Shown here: in pieces, positions 58,902 through 64,000 of the stretch
How the letters are laid out: each line of letters starts with the position of its first letter
How positions within the stretch are numbered: the stretch's first letter is position 1
Source of the DNA: an uncultured bacterium
Lineage (GTDB): Bacteria; Krumholzibacteriota; Krumholzibacteriia; Krumholzibacteriales; Krumholzibacteriaceae
NCBI GenBank assembly: GCA_963786935.1
Contig: CAWBAN010000005.1
Location: forward strand, 160,001-224,000
Length of the DNA stretch: 64,000 nt
Reading direction: 5' to 3'
Notes under the pieces: model-generated
The model's database searches: none
What the model saw: only the letters and a program-made list of their open reading frames with translations
What the model was told of the DNA's origin: nothing
Position numbers and translations under genes: made by a program

Positions 58902-60166
58902 TCCGTCCTCTCCGCCTTCCGAAGCGTTCCCTCGGTCGCCGCCACGATCACCGCCGCCGACGAATCTCCGGTGATGTTAACGACTGTCCGGCACATGTCG
59001 AGAATCCGGTCGACGCCGAGGATGAGCGCGATCCCCTCGAGCGGGATGCCGACCGACGTGAGCACCATGGTGAGGGTGATGATCCCGACGCTCGGCACGC
59101 CCGCGGTCGCCACGGACGAGAGGGTCGCCATGAGAACGATCGTGAGCTGGTTGGGGATGGTGAGCGCGATCCCGTAGACCTGCGCGATGAAGACGGCGGC
59201 GACCCCCTGGTAGAGGGCGGTGCCGTCCATGTTGATCGTGGCGCCGAGCGGCAGCACGAAGCTCGCGATGTCCTTCGGCACGCCGAGATTCTCCTCGGCG
59301 CACTGCATGTTGACGGGGAGCGTCGCGTTGCTCGAGGACGTCGTGAAGGCGATGAGCTGCGCCGGACGCATTCCCTTGAAGAAGAACAGCGGGTTCATCC
59401 GCGCGAAGGTCCAGACGGCGAGGGAGTAGACCGCTCCCATATGGATGGCGAGCCCCGCGAGCACGACGAGCGCGTACTTGAGAAGGTTCAGAAGAATCTT
59501 CGCGCCGAACTGTCCGATCACGGCGGCGATGAGCACGAAAACGCCGATCGGCGCCACCTTCATGACGATATGGACCATCATGGTCATCGCGTCGCTCAAG
59601 GCGTCGAAAAAGTCGATCAGCATCTTCGCCTTGCCCCCGGGGATCAACGTCACCGCGACGCCGAGCATGATCGCGAAAAAGATGACCTGGAGCATGTCGC
59701 CCGCGGCGAGGCTCCCGATCGGATTCTTCGGGACGATGCCCGTCAGCACGTCGATGACGCGCGGGGCCTGCTCCGCGAGGCTGAGATCCTTCATCGCCTC
59801 TCCCTGGTACGACTCGAGGAGTTGAGCCTTGACGTCCGGGTTGAGGCCGACGCCCGGCTTGGCGACGTTCGCGATGAGGAGGCCGATCGTGATGGCGAGG
59901 GCCGTGGTGACGAGGTAGTAGACGATCGTCTTCGCCCCGATGCGCCCGAGCTTCCGCAGATCCCCGAGGCTCGCCGTCCCGACGAATATGGACGAGAAGA
60001 CGAGCGGCACGACGATCATCCAGATGAGGCGTATGAAGATATCCCCGATCGGCTTGATCACCTCGGCCCGCGGGCCGAGGATGAGCCCCGCCGGGATGCC
60101 GAGGATGAGCCCCGCGAAGATTTTCGTGTGAAGCGGCGTCCGCATGAACGACCTGAGAATATTCAT
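58898..60166 (-). CDS. Dicarboxylate/amino acid:cation symporter (GltP/DAACS)
   Basis: TTSSSNATLP, LPLGATINMDGT, GVDRILDMCRTVVN. Confidence 0.95.
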   Translation of the reverse strand: MNILRSFMRTPLHTKIFAGLILGIPAGLILGPRAEVIKPIGDIFIRLIWMIVVPLVFSSIFVGTASLGDLRKLGRIGAKTIVYYLVTTALAITIGLLIANVAKPGVGLNPDVKAQLLESYQGEAMKDLSLAEQAPRVIDVLTGIVPKNPIGSLAAGDMLQVIFFAIMLGVAVTLIPGGKAKMLIDFFDALSDAMTMMVHIVMKVAPIGVFVLIAAVIGQFGAKILLNLLKYALVVLAGLAIHMGAVYSLAVWTFARMNPLFFFKGMRPAQLIAFTTSSSNATLPVNMQCAEENLGVPKDIASFVLPLGATINMDGTALYQGVAAVFIAQVYGIALTIPNQLTIVLMATLSSVATAGVPSVGIITLTMVLTSVGIPLEGIALILGVDRILDMCRTVVNITGDSSAAVIVAATEGTLRKAERTE

Positions 60167-60295
60167 GAATGCCTCCGCGCGAGCGCTTCGAGCCGAAAGG
60201 CCTTGGAATCACCCCACTGTAAGCCCAAAATCGACGTCATTCAATCGACTTTCACGAGGCCGTCTCTTTTTTCGGCGCCGGAGCGCCGCCCCCGC

Positions 60296-61261
60296 TCACG
60301 CGCCGCGGAACGAGGGGTAATCGATTCCGAACCGGCGCCGGTAGTAGAGTCGCGTGAGGAGGATCACCGCGGCGAGAAACGGCAGGTAGATCGGAAAGAG
60401 ATACCCCGCGGCGATCGAGAAGAAGAGCGTCGCCGTCTTCACCGGAACGAGCGCGTCGCCGCTTCTCGCCGGGCTCGTGACGGATCGCACCGGGATCAGG
60501 AAAAAGGGGAGAGACAGGATCGAAGCGGCGAGCGCCGGCATGTTCCCCGCGCGATATGCCGCCACCACCGCAGCTCCCATGAGCGCGGTCGAGACGAAGA
60601 GCCCCCGCGAGAGGCCGAGGGCGGCGCCGCTCGTCCTGAAGCCCATCTTCGAGTCGGCCTCGCCGTCGGCGAGCGTCGTGGCGAGGTGAACCGATGCGAC
60701 GGCGAAAGGGTAGGGGGCGAGCGACGGCCAGCCCCCCAGCGGCGCCCCCGCGGCGACCCAGCCGGCGAGCGTGTTGAGCACGCCGTTCCCGACCGCGTTC
60801 GCGAGCGTGTCGAGGACGGGGCGCCGTTTGAGGCGGACGGGCTCGAGCGAGTAGGCCGCGCCGAGCGCGAGGCTCGCCGCGAGAATCACCGAGAACGCGA
60901 CAGGCAGGAAGATGAGCGCGACGCCGAAGGAGACGGCGACGAGCGTGGCCGCCTCGATCCACGCCGCGCGCGCCGGCACGATTCCCTTCGAAAGGAGAAA
61001 CAGCTTGTTCGCCGCGAGGTCGGCGTCGCGATCGGCGATCTGGTTCGCGATGTAGATCGCGCCGAGGAGCGCGGTGAAGGAAAAGAGCCCCGCGAGGAGG
61101 CGGAGCGCGTCGATCTCGATCCCCGCGGCGGCCGCGCCGTGGCGCGCGCCGAGGAGAAAGAAGGTCCAGACGGGGATGAGGATCATGGGTCTCAGGAGAA
61201 ACACGTAATCGAGGAATCGCGCGCTCGTCCGGGATTCGCCGATCGGCGTCTTCGAGTTCAT
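60296..61261 (-). CDS. UbiA family prenyltransferase
   Basis: NQIADRDAD, YSLEPVRLK, DGEAD..G. Confidence 0.85.
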   Translation of the reverse strand: MNSKTPIGESRTSARFLDYVFLLRPMILIPVWTFFLLGARHGAAAAGIEIDALRLLAGLFSFTALLGAIYIANQIADRDADLAANKLFLLSKGIVPARAAWIEAATLVAVSFGVALIFLPVAFSVILAASLALGAAYSLEPVRLKRRPVLDTLANAVGNGVLNTLAGWVAAGAPLGGWPSLAPYPFAVASVHLATTLADGEADSKMGFRTSGAALGLSRGLFVSTALMGAAVVAAYRAGNMPALAASILSLPFFLIPVRSVTSPARSGDALVPVKTATLFFSIAAGYLFPIYLPFLAAVILLTRLYYRRRFGIDYPSFRGA

Positions 61262-61339
61262 CGCGGAGCTTCTCCCCGTCGTATCGCCCGACGGCCCGCG
61301 CGGCGGGCGAGCCGCGCGGGAATCGAGGCGTCGCAGCTC

Positions 61340-62533
61340 TCATTTTTCATGGGCGGCCAGGAAATGCTCGAGAATGTAGCGAGCTTCGTGATCGGCGACG
61401 ACCGCCGTTCCTGCTTTGCTGTAGCGGACGCCGTCGTCGTTGAAGAGCTGCCGCGCGTCGCTCCGCGGGCTCAGGAGGGCGTCGAGATCGACGAGATGCC
61501 GCGAGCTCCGTTCCCCGGCCACGCGTCGGACGATGTCGTTGTATTCGCGAAAGAGGACGAGCGCCTCCTCCTTCGATCTCGCGTAGGTGCTCGAAACGGC
61601 GTCGTCGGGGACGCCGAGCGCCGGATGCGAGCTCGGCTCGGTCGCGAAGATCACGGGGGCGCCGAGCGCCTCCGCGGTGTCCGCGATCTCCTCGAGGTTC
61701 CTCGAGAATGATTCGGGGGGAACGCGGGGGACGTCGAGCGGCTTCGATTCGCCGAGCGCGGGGGCGAGCGCCTTCCGGGCGAGCTGCAGGAGCCGGCACC
61801 GCGAGTAGATTCCGTCCGCGAAGAGCCGCGCGGATCCGCGGAGCGGGCGTGGGGCTTTCTCCTCGTCTATCTCGCCGAAGGCGAGCCACCGGTCGTTCCA
61901 GCCGTACGAAACGACGAGCAGATCCGGATCGAGATCCCGGAGGAACGTTCGCGCGATGATGGCGCCCTGATAGCTCGAGTAGCCGGGCAGGGCGAAGTTG
62001 AGGCACTCGACCTCGGGATGCGTGCCGCGGATGATCGTCTCCGTCACAACGGGGACTCCCGCGTAGGTGCACGCGTTTCCGAGATAGACGATGCGGTACG
62101 CGCCGGCCGGCTTCGGCCGCGCCGGCTCGACGCCGTCGAAGCCGTACGAGTTGATGCCGGGGCGTGACTTCGGGAGCGTCCAGAAGAGTTTGTCGTCGCG
62201 CTCGGCCTCGCTGATCTGGTGCGGCCGCGGGTAGCCGAAGCGCAGGAACGGCTCGTAGGTGAAGCCTCTGAGCCGGAGATAAACCTCGGCGGGCGTCACG
62301 ACGAGGTTGACGGCGGCCAGCACGAGGAAGAGCCGCAGCCAGCGCCGCCGCTTCCCCGTGCAGCGGCCGATCGCGAGCGTGCCGATCACGAGGAAGACGC
62401 CCCAGAGGTAGCCGGCCGCGATATGCGACTTGAGCGGCTGCACGAGCGAGAGCGACGCGATGAGAACGGTCGCGAGCAGGAACGATGCGACGAAGAACAT
62501 GCGCGTGGAGCGCAGCGCGGTCGATTCAGCCAT
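61340..62533 (-). CDS. Membrane-anchored SGNH/GDSL-fold protein with degenerate catalytic motifs
   Basis: INSYGF, RIVYLGNACTY, NFALPGYSS, YGWND, DGVRY. Confidence 0.78.
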   Translation of the reverse strand: MAESTALRSTRMFFVASFLLATVLIASLSLVQPLKSHIAAGYLWGVFLVIGTLAIGRCTGKRRRWLRLFLVLAAVNLVVTPAEVYLRLRGFTYEPFLRFGYPRPHQISEAERDDKLFWTLPKSRPGINSYGFDGVEPARPKPAGAYRIVYLGNACTYAGVPVVTETIIRGTHPEVECLNFALPGYSSYQGAIIARTFLRDLDPDLLVVSYGWNDRWLAFGEIDEEKAPRPLRGSARLFADGIYSRCRLLQLARKALAPALGESKPLDVPRVPPESFSRNLEEIADTAEALGAPVIFATEPSSHPALGVPDDAVSSTYARSKEEALVLFREYNDIVRRVAGERSSRHLVDLDALLSPRSDARQLFNDDGVRYSKAGTAVVADHEARYILEHFLAAHEK

Positions 62534-62545
62534 GGAACGAACCTC

Positions 62546-62902
62546 TCAGCCCTTGCCGGCCTCGATCTTTTCCCAATGCTGGTTCCCCGAGGGAAGCCCG
62601 CGGACGTTCCGCGAGGATGTGCGCTCCGCCTTCCTGATGAGATCGCCGAATTCGAGGAGCTTGCGGCCGATCTTCGCGTGGAGCGTCTGGATCGGATCCT
62701 TCGATCGCCTGCATTCGTAGAGCGAGGATGTGTATTCGCGCGGGAAGCGGCGCATCATCTCGAAGATGAAATCGTGCGAGTCGAACCGGTTGTCGAGGTG
62801 ACCGATGATCGTCTCGAAGATGTGGTCGCGAAAGAGCTCCCCCTCGGGGGCCGGACGGCGCTTCACGCCGCTTTTCGCGGGAGGCTTCTCACCATTTTTC
62901 AT
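62546..62902 (-). CDS. Hypothetical protein
   Basis: AGAGGA RBS, overlaps the nitroreductase 3' end, host-like codon use. Confidence 0.65.
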   Translation of the reverse strand: MKNGEKPPAKSGVKRRPAPEGELFRDHIFETIIGHLDNRFDSHDFIFEMMRRFPREYTSSLYECRRSKDPIQTLHAKIGRKLLEFGDLIRKAERTSSRNVRGLPSGNQHWEKIEAGKG

Positions 62903-63389
62903 CGTGGATCCTCTTCGGATCGTACTGCGTTCTCGGTTCCTTCTTCTCCCCCGGATGGCCGATGGAAATGAGGCACAGGATGCCGGCGTGCTCGGGTATG
63001 CCGAGCACCGCCCTGATCGCGGCGACGCGATCCTCGCGCGGGTGGCCGCCGAGCCAGACGGCGCCAAGACCGAGCGCGGCGACCGCGACGAGCATGTTCT
63101 CGGTCGCCGCGGAGCAGTCCTGCACCCAGAAGTCGGGGGCGATCGTCGTGTCTCCGCAGACGGCGATCGCCGCCGCGGCCGAGCTCAGCATCTTTCCGTG
63201 GGGATGCGCTTCGGCGAGCTTCGCGAGCGTCTCCCGGTCCCTGACCACGACGAAGTGCCACGGCTTCCGGTTGTTGCTCGAGGGGGCCGCCATGCCGGCT
63301 TCGAGGATCTGCGTGATCGCCTCGCGGCTCACCGGCTCCCCCGTATACGCCCGGATGCTGCGCCGGGCGAAGATCGACTCGAGAGACAT
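62889..63389 (-). CDS. Nitroreductase family protein
   Basis: RRSIR, APSSNNRKPWHF, QDCSAATEN, GLGAVW. Confidence 0.94.
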   Translation of the reverse strand: MSLESIFARRSIRAYTGEPVSREAITQILEAGMAAPSSNNRKPWHFVVVRDRETLAKLAEAHPHGKMLSSAAAAIAVCGDTTIAPDFWVQDCSAATENMLVAVAALGLGAVWLGGHPREDRVAAIRAVLGIPEHAGILCLISIGHPGEKKEPRTQYDPKRIHDEKW

Positions 63390-63520
63390 AGGGAGATCTC
63401 CTTGTCGGGACGCCAACGCAGTATACCCCAGAATCGACGTCCGGTACAGGGCATTTCCGAGGGAGCGCGGGATCCCGCGCTCGGGCCGTATCGGCCCGGG
63501 GACGAGATCCGCGGGCGCCG

Positions 63521-64000
63521 TTACTCGGGCATATTGAACAGCCGGCAGACCTCCGCGTACGGCATCGACGGCAGCGAGCCCGCCAGCCGGGCCGAGGTGA
63601 TTCCCGCGCGCTCCGCGGACGCGGCGAGAACGCCCCCCGGAATCAGGACGTATCTGACTTGATTGCTGGAGGCGATGACTCCCGGATCCGTCGTGGGGCT
63701 CGACACCAAGTAGTAGATGGCTTTGACGCTGCCGGGCTCAGCCCGATGCATGAAGCAGTAGGTGTTTCCGGGCGCGCTGGGGACGATGGTCACCGGAAGC
63801 TGATAGATCGCCGGAGCCATGCCCACGAACTTCATATAGACCAGGACGACGCCGTGGCTGATGATATCGGCCGTCAGCGAGGCCGTCGTCATCGTGTAGG
63901 CGCGCTCCGCGACTCCGAAGGTCGTTCCGAGCACCCATGTCGCCGGGCTGAACCATTCCGAGTAAATGACGTTCGCTGTGCCGGGAGGCCCGTCGGAGCC
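63521..64000 (-). CDS. Collagen-like-repeat exported protein (5'-partial)
   Basis: The frame is open to the window edge: GSDGPPGTANVIYSEWF...VLVY...RYVLIPGG. Confidence 0.7.
   Translation of the reverse strand, partial: GSDGPPGTANVIYSEWFSPATWVLGTTFGVAERAYTMTTASLTADIISHGVVLVYMKFVGMAPAIYQLPVTIVPSAPGNTYCFMHRAEPGSVKAIYYLVSSPTTDPGVIASSNQVRYVLIPGGVLAASAERAGITSARLAGSLPSMPYAEVCRLFNMPE

Noticed and set aside
5119..63662. Many long overlapping or antisense ORFs (e.g. 53197-56646, 46166-49093, 52200-55058, 6718-9150)
   Set aside because: Arg/Pro/Gly-rich shadow frames expected in high-GC DNA; they overlap well-supported genes and show no motifs.

Overview
A GC-rich, gene-dense bacterial chromosomal segment. 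Its secreted proteins end either in FlgD-Ig/T9SS-like C-terminal domains or in a short WGxIKxLF/Y tail, which suggests an uncultured FCB-type lineage such as Krumholzibacteria, Latescibacteria or Eisenbacteria; this is inference only. Contents: tRNA-Asp with an integrase-less islet carrying a 14-repeat FG-GAP protein between 16-bp direct repeats; tandem RRM genes; transporters; secreted peptidases (S9, aspartyl-PDZ, M28, M1); Pfk, RlmD, EndoV, a beta-CASP RNase and TldD/PmbA; and a large surface-glycan/glycosylation region (GT2/GT4, DegT, two flippases, Wzz, O-antigen ligase, DltA/DltC-like pair, five GT-C enzymes). Highlights: (1) a lipoprotein-thioredoxin selenoprotein split by the ORF caller at an in-frame TGA (UMPC motif, SECIS-like hairpin); (2) a GT-C protein whose motifs resemble eukaryotic DPY19 tryptophan C-mannosyltransferases rather than STT3; (3) an orphan promoter with a Fur-like box that points into a structured non-coding region (candidate sRNA); (4) a shared C-terminal Trp tail that may be a sorting signal. 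Frameshifts clustered at 37.2-40.1 kb are probably sequencing errors. No searches were run; family calls rest on motif recognition by eye.
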